Of a stretch of DNA of 64,000 nucleotides, positions 34,833 through 47,919 are shown one piece after another. Origin of the DNA: an uncultured bacterium. Lineage in GTDB: Bacteria; Patescibacteriota; Microgenomatia; UBA1400; UBA12108. The stretch is from assembly GCA_903945195.1 (NCBI GenBank), contig CAJAUT010000006.1, positions 493 to 64,492 on the forward strand, written 5' to 3'. A program made the translations under genes and the position numbers. A model generated the notes under the pieces. That model saw nothing but the letters and a program-made list of their open reading frames with translations. It did not search any database and had not been told where the DNA came from. Numbering within the stretch: the stretch's first letter is position 1; each line of letters starts with the position of its first letter.

Positions 34833-36682
34833 AAATCCCACTAATTTGGCTTAAAGATTATGTGAGTTCTGATAAATCAGCTAAGGATCTAGCCACTAGC
34901 TTCACCCAGCTAGGCCTCATGCTGGACAAGCCACTTGATGATTCTAATGTCCTAGATCTCGAACATCGCATGGACCGCTCTGATTGGCTATCCATCCTCG
35001 GCTGTGCCCGCGATCTCTCAGCTTTTGAAGGGATCAAGCTCAACTACCCCAAACTATACAACAAACCTGGGCTAAAAGTATCTGAAGAAGAAAAAATCAA
35101 AATCCAAGTAGATACCCCAGTAGTTAAACGTTTTGAGACCAGGATCTTCAAAGGTGTCAAGGTAGGCCAGTCACCTACATGGTTGGTAGATCGCCTCAAA
35201 GCTTATGGCATGGAGTCCATTAACAACATCGTAGATATCACAAATTTTGTCATGATCGAATACGGCCAAACTTTGCACGCTCAGGATATTGCCAAACTCA
35301 AAGGCAGAGATATCACTATTAGACAAGCCAAAGATGGTGAAAAAGTTACAACACTGCTTGGGACCGAAGTAAAATTAGACAAAGATATTTTTGTTCTAAC
35401 CTCAGGTGGAGAGGTGACTGTAATAGGAGGCATAGTAGGTGGCAGAAACACAGGAGTTACAGACTCAACTACTGACATCATCCTCGATTCTGGCAATTAC
35501 GATTCGCGAATTATTCGAAAAACTTCTCGTAGGATAAAGATACTCAACGAATCAGTCTCTCGCAACGACAAATTTCTGGACCCTAGAGCTATCGACTTTG
35601 CCCTAGACAGAGCCACTGGTCTCATCCTAGAGCTAGCAGGAGGTACCTACTACACAAACGACGATTACTATCCCGTTCCAGTTGAGCCAAAGACCATGAC
35701 TCTTAGACTCTCCCGTCTAAAACTCTTGTCAGGCATGGATCTAAATCTGAGTCTTGCCTCAAAAATCTTAGAATCTCTAGAGTACAAAATCCTACAAAGC
35801 AACGAGGATACTCTCACAGTCGAGATCCCATATTTCCGCACCGATATAGAAGTCGAAGATGATCTAGTCTCAGATATTTTGCGTATCAATAACTACACAA
35901 ATATTCCACTTACCCCGCTTTCTACTCCAGTTCCATTGGATTTAACCCCGGCTATTTATAGATTCGAAGAAAAACTCAAAGACTTACTAGTCGCCCAAGG
36001 TGCCCACGAACATATCACTAGTTCGCTGACTACTTCAGAGGGGCTTAGTGACGAAGTAGTCCTAGCCAATGCCTTGTCTAGCGATCAAAATGCTCTACGT
36101 CGCAGTTTAAACCCTGGGTTAGTTCATGTGCTATCTACCTACAAAAAACACAAAATAAAAAACGCTTTAGTCTTTGAAATCGGCAAAGTCTTCCGCAAAA
36201 ACAATACAGCCTATTTAGAAGGAAGACTTTTGACCATCATGGGAGGAGTAGACTCACTTGCCACCTTACTTTCTTCACTGGGGATCACTAAATATTATGT
36301 AAATGACAAATACGAAATTTTATTAGACGACAATATTGTAGGGACAATCGATGCTGTCAGCTACACCTTAGTTACCACAGCTCTTATCTCACATATGACC
36401 CCATATACAGGCATCATTTCTGAGTATGGGCACACGACTTCTCTTGATTTATCCCTCTTAGTCAGAGCAGATTTAAAATACTCAAATATTTTAAAAGCAC
36501 TTGAGTCAGTGAAAGGGGAGTGGGAGAGTATTTCCTGTAAATCCATGACCGTCATGGATGACAAAACTCACAATTATTTGATTTCAGTGTCTTGGGACAG
36601 TAGTACAAAATCAATAGACTCTGACAAAGATCTAATCCTAAAAACTCTGAAAGATAAACTAGAAATCAACTCGAAATCTTAA
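34829..36682 (+). CDS. pheT: Phenylalanyl-tRNA synthetase beta subunit (short form)
   Basis: Follows pheS with a 4-bp overlap. B3/B4 and B5-like regions. 617 aa versus ~800 in E. coli. Confidence 0.75.
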   Translation: MKIPLIWLKDYVSSDKSAKDLATSFTQLGLMLDKPLDDSNVLDLEHRMDRSDWLSILGCARDLSAFEGIKLNYPKLYNKPGLKVSEEEKIKIQVDTPVVKRFETRIFKGVKVGQSPTWLVDRLKAYGMESINNIVDITNFVMIEYGQTLHAQDIAKLKGRDITIRQAKDGEKVTTLLGTEVKLDKDIFVLTSGGEVTVIGGIVGGRNTGVTDSTTDIILDSGNYDSRIIRKTSRRIKILNESVSRNDKFLDPRAIDFALDRATGLILELAGGTYYTNDDYYPVPVEPKTMTLRLSRLKLLSGMDLNLSLASKILESLEYKILQSNEDTLTVEIPYFRTDIEVEDDLVSDILRINNYTNIPLTPLSTPVPLDLTPAIYRFEEKLKDLLVAQGAHEHITSSLTTSEGLSDEVVLANALSSDQNALRRSLNPGLVHVLSTYKKHKIKNALVFEIGKVFRKNNTAYLEGRLLTIMGGVDSLATLLSSLGITKYYVNDKYEILLDDNIVGTIDAVSYTLVTTALISHMTPYTGIISEYGHTTSLDLSLLVRADLKYSNILKALESVKGEWESISCKSMTVMDDKTHNYLISVSWDSSTKSIDSDKDLILKTLKDKLEINSKS

Positions 36683-39240
36683 GGGGTTGCTGACGGACTA
36701 GCGGTAGGAGCGTTCCAGTCTACATTTATTCCAATGTTTAAAGTTGTTTCCTTTTCTTGTCCATCTTTAGTTCTCACCACGCCTTTTAGTTCATAAGTCT
36801 TATTATTGTCCAAAGTGATAGTAGTACTAACTAATTTTTCTGGGCCAAAACTTTCTCTTTGTGAACCATTTACATAAAGTTTTACCCATTCTATTTCTTT
36901 AGATGTAGTAGTACGCAGTCTCACTTCAAAAGTTGTGTTGTTTAGCTTTTCATGGTTTCCAGGTTTTTCAAATCCTATGACTGTATCTGTACTAGCACTA
37001 CAATATTCAGTAGGCACTTTAAACTTGTCATTACTTTGGCCATTTATCCAGGCCTGTATATCATTTACCCAAGCAGTACTTTCTTGTTTTAGCACATAAA
37101 ATTCTTTTTGGTCATAGTCGTCGCGCGCTATATCAGTCTCTGTCGCTAGTTTCGAGTTATCAGCTCTACACACTTTAACTTTTGTATGGATTGGATCAGG
37201 CTCAGTCGGAGCCGAGCCTTTTACAAAAAAGTCGGCACGTGTCGGATATCCATCATGTTCTGGATATCCAGAAATAGTATCCACCTGTCTACCTTCGACT
37301 CCAGCTGGGGTAGTAAAATCATCGCCTTTATATTTCTCCCAGGATTTAAGTATGATCTTGCGCCAAATAGGGGAAGCACCAGTTACGCCTGACGCCACTT
37401 CTTTCATAGCCGAGTTATCATTGTTACCTACCCATACTCCAACCACTGCTTTTGTAGACCACCCAATTGTCCAGTTATCGCGTTTATCATTTGTTGTACC
37501 AGTTTTTACAGCAATTGATTTTCCAGACATATTTAAATAACTATTAGCTCCAAACGTCATAAGTCGCGCATTGTTGTCCGACAGTACATTGTTTACAAGA
37601 AAGGCTACATCGGCTGTCAACACTCTTTGCTTTTGTGCTTGTTTAGCTTCATAGAGGGTACGACCATCTTTTACCACTTTCATGATCGAAACTGGTTCTA
37701 CTTTTTCTCCACCATTGGCAAACGCAGAATAAGCATGTACTAGGTCAAATAGACGCACTTCGCCGCCTCCTAGTGCCACAGACAGGCCAAACCTGGACAT
37801 ATTGGCAGCGGTAGGTTGTAAGGTATTAAAGCCCATATCATAGGCAGTAGATAGCATATCTTTTAGCCCCACAAGTGATAGTAGTTTTACCGCTGGGATA
37901 TTTAGTGATGAACCAAGTGCGTATCTCAATTGCACTGGACCATTAAATTTGCCATCATAGTTTTTTGGTTCATAAAAATCGCCTTCTTTAACACCAGGGA
38001 ATTTGGTAGGCACATCAAGCAGCATAGTAGAAGGGGAGTAACCTTTTGCAAAAGCAGTAGCATAAACTACTGGTTTGATCGCACTCCCTGGTTGTCTTAG
38101 TGACAAGACTACATTTACTTGACCATCATAATCTGGGGCAAAATAATCTTTAGAACCAACCATCGCCAGTATTTCTCCATTTTGTGGATTCATCACCATC
38201 GCGGCACCATTTGTAACATGGACCTTTTCTAGTTTGTCTATCTCATCTTTGACCGCAGTTTGCGCATAATCTTGTAGTTCGGTATCTAGGGTAGTAGTCA
38301 CTGTATAGCCACCTTCTTCTACAACCGCTTCACCAAGCAGATCCACTAGCTGATCTTTTACATAAAACACAAAATGTGGGGCTTTTAGTGCCGCCGACTG
38401 AGCTCTAAACTCTACAGTTGGCAGTTCTTTGAGACTTTGCTCCTCAGCTGCTTTATCTATATATCCATCTTCTCTCATGCGACGCAGTACTGCCGTCGAC
38501 CTGGCTACGTAAGCTTGCTTATCACTACCATAAGGAGAGTAACGTGAAGGTGCTTGTGGCATACCAGCCAGTATTGCCGCCTGAGTCAAACTCAAGTCTT
38601 TTGGCTCTATGCCAAAATATCGCTCGCTTGCTGCCGCTATACCTATAGCGGTACCACCATAAGGAGCTTCATTTAGATACATCTGCAAAATTTCATCTTT
38701 AGAGAATTTCTTCTCTATCTGCATGGAGAGAACTAGCTCTTTGATCTTGCGGGTGATCGTGCGATCAGAGGATAAAAGTACATTTTTTACTAGTTGCTGA
38801 GTGAGCGTAGATCCACCAGTTGCACGTCCGGTGGTAACTAGTCGCACTATCCCACGCAAATACCCAGTCACACTAAACCCTTGGTGACTATAAAATTCCT
38901 TATCTTCTATCGAGATGGTTGCTTGCTGAATCACTTTAGGAACATCCGCGATCTTTACAGGGATACGATTATAATCTTGGTACAGTTCATAAAGGGTCGC
39001 CCCATTTCTGTCTTGGATGCGAGTAGAAAATCCGTCGCGTCGCACGATCTTGTTTGGATCAGGCAGTGTACGAGATACCCATACAAACATAAGAAACATC
39101 AGCACTATAGCTGCAATCGTCCCAAACAAAGCTGCCATACCCAGGTATTTCATGATTGATTGCTTATCAAAACGCATGCGCCCAAATCTAGACCTCGTCC
39201 TCATACTTCGCATTTTCCATGTCCGCAGCCAATCTTGCAT
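36679..39240 (-). CDS. Class A penicillin-binding protein (glycosyltransferase GT51 plus transpeptidase) with a C-terminal extension
   Basis: N-terminal TM, GT51 motifs (EDKEFYSHQGF..., QQLVKN), transpeptidase SAIKP (SxxK) and KTGTTN. Confidence 0.8.
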   Translation of the reverse strand: MQDWLRTWKMRSMRTRSRFGRMRFDKQSIMKYLGMAALFGTIAAIVLMFLMFVWVSRTLPDPNKIVRRDGFSTRIQDRNGATLYELYQDYNRIPVKIADVPKVIQQATISIEDKEFYSHQGFSVTGYLRGIVRLVTTGRATGGSTLTQQLVKNVLLSSDRTITRKIKELVLSMQIEKKFSKDEILQMYLNEAPYGGTAIGIAAASERYFGIEPKDLSLTQAAILAGMPQAPSRYSPYGSDKQAYVARSTAVLRRMREDGYIDKAAEEQSLKELPTVEFRAQSAALKAPHFVFYVKDQLVDLLGEAVVEEGGYTVTTTLDTELQDYAQTAVKDEIDKLEKVHVTNGAAMVMNPQNGEILAMVGSKDYFAPDYDGQVNVVLSLRQPGSAIKPVVYATAFAKGYSPSTMLLDVPTKFPGVKEGDFYEPKNYDGKFNGPVQLRYALGSSLNIPAVKLLSLVGLKDMLSTAYDMGFNTLQPTAANMSRFGLSVALGGGEVRLFDLVHAYSAFANGGEKVEPVSIMKVVKDGRTLYEAKQAQKQRVLTADVAFLVNNVLSDNNARLMTFGANSYLNMSGKSIAVKTGTTNDKRDNWTIGWSTKAVVGVWVGNNDNSAMKEVASGVTGASPIWRKIILKSWEKYKGDDFTTPAGVEGRQVDTISGYPEHDGYPTRADFFVKGSAPTEPDPIHTKVKVCRADNSKLATETDIARDDYDQKEFYVLKQESTAWVNDIQAWINGQSNDKFKVPTEYCSASTDTVIGFEKPGNHEKLNNTTFEVRLRTTTSKEIEWVKLYVNGSQRESFGPEKLVSTTITLDNNKTYELKGVVRTKDGQEKETTLNIGINVDWNAPTASPSATP

Positions 39241-39276
39241 AGATTTGAGTATATCACTTGATGTACAATAATCATT

Positions 39277-40431
39277 ATGAATACAAATACTGATCTACTT
39301 ACACGTCGGGTAGCCAAGATCCTTCCTTCCAAAGAAGGACTAGAAAAATTGATCTCAGGCAAAAAAATCCGTCTTTACCAGGGATTTGACCCTACCTTCA
39401 ATCAACTTCACCTTGGACATACCATAGGCTTTCGCAAGCTCATGGACTTCGCCAGAGCTGGCCACGAAGTTATTTTTCTCTTTGGCACTGGCACAGTCTT
39501 AGCAGGAGATCCATCTGAAAGAGATACAGGTAGGAAACTCATCACTCAAGAAGAAATTGACGAAAACATCAAAAGCTGGAAAGAACAGGTTAGTAAAATA
39601 GTTGACTTTGATCTAGTCAAAATTAGACAAAATGGAGATTGGCTAACAGAGCTCAAACTCAAAGATATTATCAAAATAGGCAGCAATATCAGTGCCACCC
39701 AGCTATTCAAAAGAGAAAACTTCACAAGACGCATCGCAAAAGGTGACGTGGTCTGGTATCACGAAACCATGTACCCCTTACTGCAAGGTTACGACTCAGT
39801 AGTTATGGATGTTGACCTTGAAATAGGTGGCACAGACCAAGAATTCAACATGCTTATTGGTCGTGAACTCCAAAGAAAAATGAACGATAGAGAGAAATTT
39901 GTCTTAACTACACCTATGATTAATGGTGTCGACGGCAAAAAAATGAGTAAATCAGTCGGCAACTGCATTTGGTTGACCGATAAACCAGAGACAATTTATT
40001 CCAAAATAATGTCTATGGCCGACGATATGATCACAACATATTACGAATTACTTACAGATATCCCCATGGACGAAATAGCCAATTTAGATCCTTCAAAGCC
40101 TATTGAAAACAAAAAACGTCTAGCCTACGACATTACACGTCAACTACATGGGGAGGCTGGAGCCAAAATAGGAGAATCTCACTATAATACTGTCATTCAA
40201 CCAAAAGCAGCTCCATCAGAAATGCCAGAACTAAAGATACTACCAAATACCAGTATTTTAGACGCTCTAAAATCTGCTGAGCTCGGAGTAAGTAACGCCG
40301 ACATCAAGCGAACACTTGAGCAAAATGGGGTAGAAGTGGACGGCGTCAAAGTGTCTGACCCACAAGCAGTAGTCACCGGCCAAATCCTCAAATTCGGCAA
40401 ACGCACCTACCGCAAAATTGTTATAAAATAA
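39277..40431 (+). CDS. tyrS: Tyrosyl-tRNA synthetase
   Basis: HLGHTIGF (HIGH), KMSKSVGN (KMSKS) and a C-terminal S4-like domain. Confidence 0.8.
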   Translation: MNTNTDLLTRRVAKILPSKEGLEKLISGKKIRLYQGFDPTFNQLHLGHTIGFRKLMDFARAGHEVIFLFGTGTVLAGDPSERDTGRKLITQEEIDENIKSWKEQVSKIVDFDLVKIRQNGDWLTELKLKDIIKIGSNISATQLFKRENFTRRIAKGDVVWYHETMYPLLQGYDSVVMDVDLEIGGTDQEFNMLIGRELQRKMNDREKFVLTTPMINGVDGKKMSKSVGNCIWLTDKPETIYSKIMSMADDMITTYYELLTDIPMDEIANLDPSKPIENKKRLAYDITRQLHGEAGAKIGESHYNTVIQPKAAPSEMPELKILPNTSILDALKSAELGVSNADIKRTLEQNGVEVDGVKVSDPQAVVTGQILKFGKRTYRKIVIK

Positions 40432-40601
40432 CTTGATGGACTTTATAAACTTGAAAGACTTGAGGAACTAAGATATGACTCTAACTAAAAATCAGCGCAA
40501 AGTATGGACAATCATCACCGCAGTAGCTACTGTAGCCCTCCTTGCCTCCTCATTTGCTCCATTCTTCATGAACTAACTGTCTCATGTTATACAATTGAGT
40601 C

Positions 40602-42569
<1,968 letters not shown>

Positions 42570-42659
42570 TATCAAATTGACGCTACCTACTCTGGTCAAA
42601 TGCACAAACTGCGGTCAAATGAAAAAATCCCACACCATCTGTACCAACTGTAATCAATA

Positions 42660-42974
42660 ATGAAAACATCAACTGACCCTAGACACAAAAAACGCGAGTT
42701 AAAAGTCGCCAAGCTATTTGCATCTAGTTTTATCCCAGGATTTACTAGTCCCCTAGATGATCACATCAGCAAAGCCGCTCCAGAGTGGCCGCTCAAAAAT
42801 ATCAATCGTATCGATCTGGCTATTTTAAGAGTTGCCACAGAAGAGCTGCTAATCTCAGATACACCAGTCAAAGTCATCATCGACGAAGCAGTCGAAATAG
42901 CTAAAAAATATGGCGCTGAAAATTCTGCTAGTTTTGTCAATGGTGTCCTAGGTACTATATTAAAAAACAAATAA
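42660..42974 (+). CDS. nusB: NusB-like transcription antitermination factor (short)
   Basis: Small all-alpha protein between rpmF and rnc. RRxAR-like N-terminus (RHKKRELKVAKLF). Confidence 0.5.
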   Translation: MKTSTDPRHKKRELKVAKLFASSFIPGFTSPLDDHISKAAPEWPLKNINRIDLAILRVATEELLISDTPVKVIIDEAVEIAKKYGAENSASFVNGVLGTILKNK

Positions 42975-42978
42975 ACTT

Positions 42979-43671
42979 ATGAATATCGCATTAACTAAAC
43001 TGCTAACTACCTTAGGCCTAGAGATCAAAGACGAGCATCTTATCCAAAATGCCTTCGTACATAGATCATATTTAAACGAATCGCATGAATACAAACATTC
43101 AAATGAACGACTGGAGTATTTAGGAGATGCTGTCCTAGAACTGGCTACCTCAAATTTTCTTTATGCCACTTATCCAGATTTTCAAGAAGGCATGCTTACA
43201 AATATGCGCGCCGCTTTAGTTCGCACCGAGTCTCTTGGAGATACAGCAAGCAATCTAGGCTTCTCCAAACTACTTCTCATGAGCAAGGGGGAAGAAGCAA
43301 CTGGAGGTAGAAGCAATAGATCTATCCTAGCCGATACTTTCGAAGCTTTTCTAGGCGCTGTTTATTTAGATCTGGGTTTTGAGACTTGTGTCAAAATACT
43401 AGAATCTCATCTTTTCCAAAAAGCCGCAGAAGTCCTTAAATCCGAAACCTACAAAGACAACAAATCACTTTTACAAGAGATCGCCCAATCTCGTTTCAAA
43501 TCTACTCCAGAATATAAACTCATTTCAGAATCTGGTCCAGATCACGACAAAGAATTTGTCATGCAGGTCGTAATAGCTGGTACAGCTTATCAAATAGGCA
43601 AAGGCAAGAGCAAGCAATCGTCCCAGGAAGACGCTGCCAAAAGCACTCTTGAGATGATTACTCATTCCTGA
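42979..43671 (+). CDS. rnc: Ribonuclease III
   Basis: ERLEYLGDAVLEL signature. C-terminal dsRBD. Confidence 0.85.
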   Translation: MNIALTKLLTTLGLEIKDEHLIQNAFVHRSYLNESHEYKHSNERLEYLGDAVLELATSNFLYATYPDFQEGMLTNMRAALVRTESLGDTASNLGFSKLLLMSKGEEATGGRSNRSILADTFEAFLGAVYLDLGFETCVKILESHLFQKAAEVLKSETYKDNKSLLQEIAQSRFKSTPEYKLISESGPDHDKEFVMQVVIAGTAYQIGKGKSKQSSQEDAAKSTLEMITHS

Positions 43672-43684
43672 TACAATACGCACT

Positions 43685-43939
43685 ATGCTAAAAATCAAAT
43701 TAACCAGAATCGGTAAAAAAGCTCAGCCACAATATCACGTGGTAGTAGTCGAAGACAAAACCAACTCAGGTACACGCAGTGTCGACAATATCGGTTATTA
43801 CAACCCATTATCCAAGCCCAAAGAATTCCGTCTAGATGTCAAAGCTTACGAGTCATGGATGGCCAAAGGTGCCAGACCCACAGATACCGTCCGCTCTCTT
43901 GCCATAAAATCAGCCAAAGCTACCAAATCTACTAAATAA
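43685..43939 (+). CDS. rpsP: 30S ribosomal protein S16
   Basis: MLKIKLTRIGKKAQPQYHVVVVEDKTNSGTRSVDNIGYYNP. Confidence 0.85.
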   Translation: MLKIKLTRIGKKAQPQYHVVVVEDKTNSGTRSVDNIGYYNPLSKPKEFRLDVKAYESWMAKGARPTDTVRSLAIKSAKATKSTK

Positions 43940-43957
43940 ATATACAAGGAGTCTTCC

Positions 43958-44302
43958 ATGCAAGATATATTGTCCTTTATCCTCAAAAACATTACTACAG
44001 TCCCAGACGATGTCAAAATCGAAGTCGAAGACCAAGAAGGTACCTCCAACTATATAGTTACAGTCAATCCAGCTGATGTAGGTCGTATTATCGGCAAAGA
44101 AGGCAAAGTCATCAAAGCCATCCGCACCATCATGCGTGTCATCGCCATCCAACGCGGCGTCCACATCCGCATCTCAGTAGTATCTGAAAACGATATGCAT
44201 CCGGCAGGTGAATCCGTAGGGGTCGACACTCGCGTCGAACAGGCAGTCGAAACACAACAGCCTGTTGCAGAAGATGATGGCAGTATTACTGTAGAGGTGT
44301 AA
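43958..44302 (+). CDS. KH-domain RNA-binding protein (YlqC-like)
   Basis: GRIIGKEGKVIKAIR KH motif. Conserved position after rpsP. Confidence 0.6.
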   Translation: MQDILSFILKNITTVPDDVKIEVEDQEGTSNYIVTVNPADVGRIIGKEGKVIKAIRTIMRVIAIQRGVHIRISVVSENDMHPAGESVGVDTRVEQAVETQQPVAEDDGSITVEV

Positions 44303-45026
44303 TTCCCATTGGTGCAAATAAATCAGCCTTACCAGAAGTTGTATCCATAGGCACAGCAATAGTATCAAATTTTCGGTAACTAGCCAGTTGTGTAAAAACC
44401 TTATCTTCCTCAGCACCAAAAAGAGTAATTGGTCCTTTTACATCTGCCGTACCAGCGTCAGCCCACAACATACCTAAAGTCAATGATAACGAAAGTTCAT
44501 TGCCCCCAGAGAGCCCCACTTTAATATCATTAATTTGCATCAGAGGCAATACCGTTTCAATAGTACGTAAAAAAGTATAGATATTATCTTGATTTCCCCT
44601 CATTTTAATTTCTGTTTCCAAACTCTGCAATCCAGCCACTTTTCTGGTGGCAGTTTTAGCGCTTACAGTTTTAGCAGACTCAGTTGCTTCAGTAATATTG
44701 CCTGGTGTCAGCGACAATCCACCCAGAGTCAACCCAAGCTCACTAGACAATCCATCAATCGACGCCAGATATAAAAGGATATCCTTCCTTGGCGGCAAAG
44801 CGTTATCCATCGTATTCATTCGATCTTGCAATACATTTTGGTCTAACTTTGAAAGAATTGAAACTTTGTTGGTTACAGCGTCCAATTCTGCCGATCTAGT
44901 TTTAACTTTATTCAGGATTTTGCTAGCATTTTGATATATTGGCAACGCTGCTACAAAAAGCAACAATAGCGAAGCAAGTCCTACAGTCATTGCTTTAACC
45001 AATAGTTGATGAGTTTTCAACCACAT
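44286..45026 (-). CDS. Type IV pilus assembly protein PilO-like
   Basis: N-terminal TM. Position downstream of pilM-pilN. Confidence 0.4.
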   Translation of the reverse strand: MWLKTHQLLVKAMTVGLASLLLLFVAALPIYQNASKILNKVKTRSAELDAVTNKVSILSKLDQNVLQDRMNTMDNALPPRKDILLYLASIDGLSSELGLTLGGLSLTPGNITEATESAKTVSAKTATRKVAGLQSLETEIKMRGNQDNIYTFLRTIETVLPLMQINDIKVGLSGGNELSLSLTLGMLWADAGTADVKGPITLFGAEEDKVFTQLASYRKFDTIAVPMDTTSGKADLFAPMGITPLQ

Positions 45027-45027
45027 A

Positions 45028-45576
45028 TTATTTTGATGCCTTAGGTAGAGTTAATAATAAAGATAATTGGTAACTACTATCGTCAGCCCTAGAAACTCCC
45101 GTACTTACTACTTGAGGGTAATAGCCAGTATCGCTTTCATAGTACTTCACTAAATCACTTAAATTTGCGCTATTACTAGCCACATACGATACACCTAAAG
45201 TTGCATCATCAACAAATCCTAAATTTGATAAATGAGTTCCCGCAATATCGGTAGACAAGATCTTTTGCAATGATTCTCTAGCCACAGACCGATCTGACAA
45301 GAAACCTGTCAGCAAGTTCAATCTACTTTTCAAGTATATTTGCTGAGCACTAGCTTGAGAAAGTCCTTGCATCTGTTTATTTGTAGATGTTATGGAATTT
45401 TCAATACTTGAAAGTTTTGAAGTCAAGACAAAATTCCAAATTGAAACAGCAACAATAACCACTACTACCACAACTAAAGATACTATCGAAAAGCGCAAAT
45501 AATTCTGTTCTTTTTGGTATTCTTTTTCACTCAAAGTTCTTCTATTTTTAAGAAGATTTGTTTTTATATCTACCAT
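45028..45576 (-). CDS. Type IV pilus assembly protein PilN-like
   Basis: Single TM after a basic N-terminus. Between pilM and pilO. Confidence 0.45.
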   Translation of the reverse strand: MVDIKTNLLKNRRTLSEKEYQKEQNYLRFSIVSLVVVVVVIVAVSIWNFVLTSKLSSIENSITSTNKQMQGLSQASAQQIYLKSRLNLLTGFLSDRSVARESLQKILSTDIAGTHLSNLGFVDDATLGVSYVASNSANLSDLVKYYESDTGYYPQVVSTGVSRADDSSYQLSLLLTLPKASK

Positions 45577-46599
45577 TTAAAATATCCTTTGTGATAATCC
45601 AGTTGCCACAGAATACACGGCTTTCTCTCTAGGTATTACCGCCCCTTTATTGACCTTTCCTTTAGCAAAAGAATCAGCCACAATGACCTCTATACCACCA
45701 AATACTCCAGATAGGTGTGACCCCAGTGATGGCAGATACGCTCCACCACCAGACAACACAATTCTAGACACGTGAGATTTTCTGGTAGTTAAGTGATATT
45801 CCATAGCTTTTCTCATTTCACTAACTATAGTATCTAGTACTATCAACAAGCCAGATCTAACTTTACCTTCCAACTGATTTTCATCTAGACCATACGTGCG
45901 CTTGTATTCTTCTGCTTGGGGCAGGGGCAAAGCAAGAGACTGAGCAAGAGCTCTGGTCAATGCAACTCCCCCAGATTCCACAACATATGAAAAAGTCAAA
46001 GCGTTAGTATCCACGATAGCTAAAACACTTGACATAGCTCCCATGTGTAAGATGAGGGTAGTAGCTCCAGTATCTCCAAAAGTTAACGCTCTAGATACAG
46101 CCACCATCTCACTTTCTATAGCAATTGGCTCTAAACCAACGCTTGTCAAAAAGTCTACCATAGCTTGTAAATATTTTTTGGGTGCAGCTACGAGATAAAC
46201 CAACATTTTTTTATCTTCACCAGGAATTGATGGTTGTAAAATTGAAAAATCAAGTTCAACCTCACTCACTGGAATCGGGACAAATTGCTCAGCTTCCCAT
46301 TTAATAGCCGATGCTAGTTCAGCTTCTGACATAGAAGGCATTGTCAAAATTCTACTAAAAACTTTTGACTCAGATATTGATACCACTACTCTTTTATCTT
46401 TGATTTTCAAATCTGCAAGTAACTGTTTTAATGAAACTTTCAACTTGTCAGAGACTATTGGGTTAGAAAAATCTACAGATCCAGCAGGGTTTACCACTAG
46501 TCCAACAGAATTAACTCCAAATGTTTTTGCTCCCATCATGGTTGTCTGTACAGCCTTTATGCTAGAAGATCCTATGTCGAGTCCAAAATATGCTGTCAT
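45577..46599 (-). CDS. pilM: Type IV pilus assembly ATPase-like protein PilM
   Basis: Actin-like fold N-terminus YFGLDIGSSSIKAV. Confidence 0.7.
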   Translation of the reverse strand: MTAYFGLDIGSSSIKAVQTTMMGAKTFGVNSVGLVVNPAGSVDFSNPIVSDKLKVSLKQLLADLKIKDKRVVVSISESKVFSRILTMPSMSEAELASAIKWEAEQFVPIPVSEVELDFSILQPSIPGEDKKMLVYLVAAPKKYLQAMVDFLTSVGLEPIAIESEMVAVSRALTFGDTGATTLILHMGAMSSVLAIVDTNALTFSYVVESGGVALTRALAQSLALPLPQAEEYKRTYGLDENQLEGKVRSGLLIVLDTIVSEMRKAMEYHLTTRKSHVSRIVLSGGGAYLPSLGSHLSGVFGGIEVIVADSFAKGKVNKGAVIPREKAVYSVATGLSQRIF

Positions 46600-46630
46600 G
46601 GGCAGTAATCTCCTTGTTAAGTAATGTATC

Positions 46631-47389
46631 TCATTTTATTATCGTTCCAGCACTAAATACTGCAAAATCAAAAATAGTAGGAGGAGCATCTAGCCCTCTC
46701 TTTAGTTCAATTTCTTTTTGTGCATCACCACCAATTGCCCTAGAGTTGATGACATACAATTGATTTGGTAGACCAATGCCAGACACAGAGATCGTTGCTC
46801 CAGCATATATTGGTCTAATCCTCACAGTATCCGCTCCACTTATTGCAATTGTTGCTTTACTCAAATAAGTTGGGCTTCCGTCAATTGAGTTAACAAATCC
46901 ATTAGAAGGAGAACAGCCATTTGGGTTGTAATAATATCTATCTATAGCAGCTCCACTAACTACCGAAACCTCAATAGCTGCAGGCGCCTGACCAGACGCA
47001 TCTACACACGCTTGGATATTTTCGGATGAATCTGATTTCTTTGTCCAAAAAATATTTATATCACCAATAAAACCCTCTACGTTAAGATGGGAAGTTTCTA
47101 GTTCCTTTACAAAAAGGCCAAAAGTAGTTGTCTGGGCAACTTTATATTTCAACGATTCTGAGATTGTGTACTCTCTAGTGGCATTGTCGGGATTACCAAC
47201 TAAAGAGCTCAGAGCATTCTCAACTCCAGTTTCTGCCAAAGAAAAAGCTGTACTACTTTCTTTTTCTTGTCTAGACAAAACAGTATCAGAAAAACTTTTT
47301 GAAGCTATAGATAGCACAAGTGCCACCACAACTCCCATGACAACCAGAAGTAACAACCCTATTTGACCAGTTCGAATATTTTTTATCAT
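46631..47389 (-). CDS. Membrane-anchored protein in the T4P locus (not a canonical prepilin)
   Basis: N-terminal TM without the G/FTLIE cleavage motif. Confidence 0.3.
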   Translation of the reverse strand: MIKNIRTGQIGLLLLVVMGVVVALVLSIASKSFSDTVLSRQEKESSTAFSLAETGVENALSSLVGNPDNATREYTISESLKYKVAQTTTFGLFVKELETSHLNVEGFIGDINIFWTKKSDSSENIQACVDASGQAPAAIEVSVVSGAAIDRYYYNPNGCSPSNGFVNSIDGSPTYLSKATIAISGADTVRIRPIYAGATISVSGIGLPNQLYVINSRAIGGDAQKEIELKRGLDAPPTIFDFAVFSAGTIIK

Positions 47390-47442
47390 GCTTCTATCAT
47401 TGCAAACTTGACGACATTCGTCAAACTGTCCATACTGATCGT

Positions 47443-47919
47443 ATGATAAAGAATAAATTAGGGTTCACACTTGTTGAGTTATTGATCGTTATTGCGATTC
47501 TCGCTATCCTTGCCACCGTTAGCTTTGCCAACTTTACTACCTCAAGAATCAAGGCAAAGGATATCTCGCGCAAATCCGATTTACAAACAATTGCCAAGAG
47601 CTTAGAAGCTTACGTCAACGACCATCGAGCATACCCTAGTTCTGATGCAAGTGGCAGGATAGTCTGCAAACCTACCGGAACTCCTTCATATTGTGCATGG
47701 GGAGAAATATTTTCAGATTCTACCGGAACCATCTATGCAGCCAAATTACCATCTGATCCAGGCGGATACAACTACTACTATGTTACAAGTGGGACTGGCT
47801 ACAATCTATACACACATCTAGAAAACGCACAGGACCCCAATCTCTTAGTTACGCCTATCGCAGGCTGCGGAGGATCAGGTAGCACGTGCAATTACAAAGT
47901 ATCAAGTAGCAATTTATGA
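47443..47919 (+). CDS. Type IV prepilin (class III signal GFTLVELLIV)
   Basis: Prepilin peptidase motif K-LGFTLVELLIVIAI. Confidence 0.7.
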   Translation: MIKNKLGFTLVELLIVIAILAILATVSFANFTTSRIKAKDISRKSDLQTIAKSLEAYVNDHRAYPSSDASGRIVCKPTGTPSYCAWGEIFSDSTGTIYAAKLPSDPGGYNYYYVTSGTGYNLYTHLENAQDPNLLVTPIAGCGGSGSTCNYKVSSSNL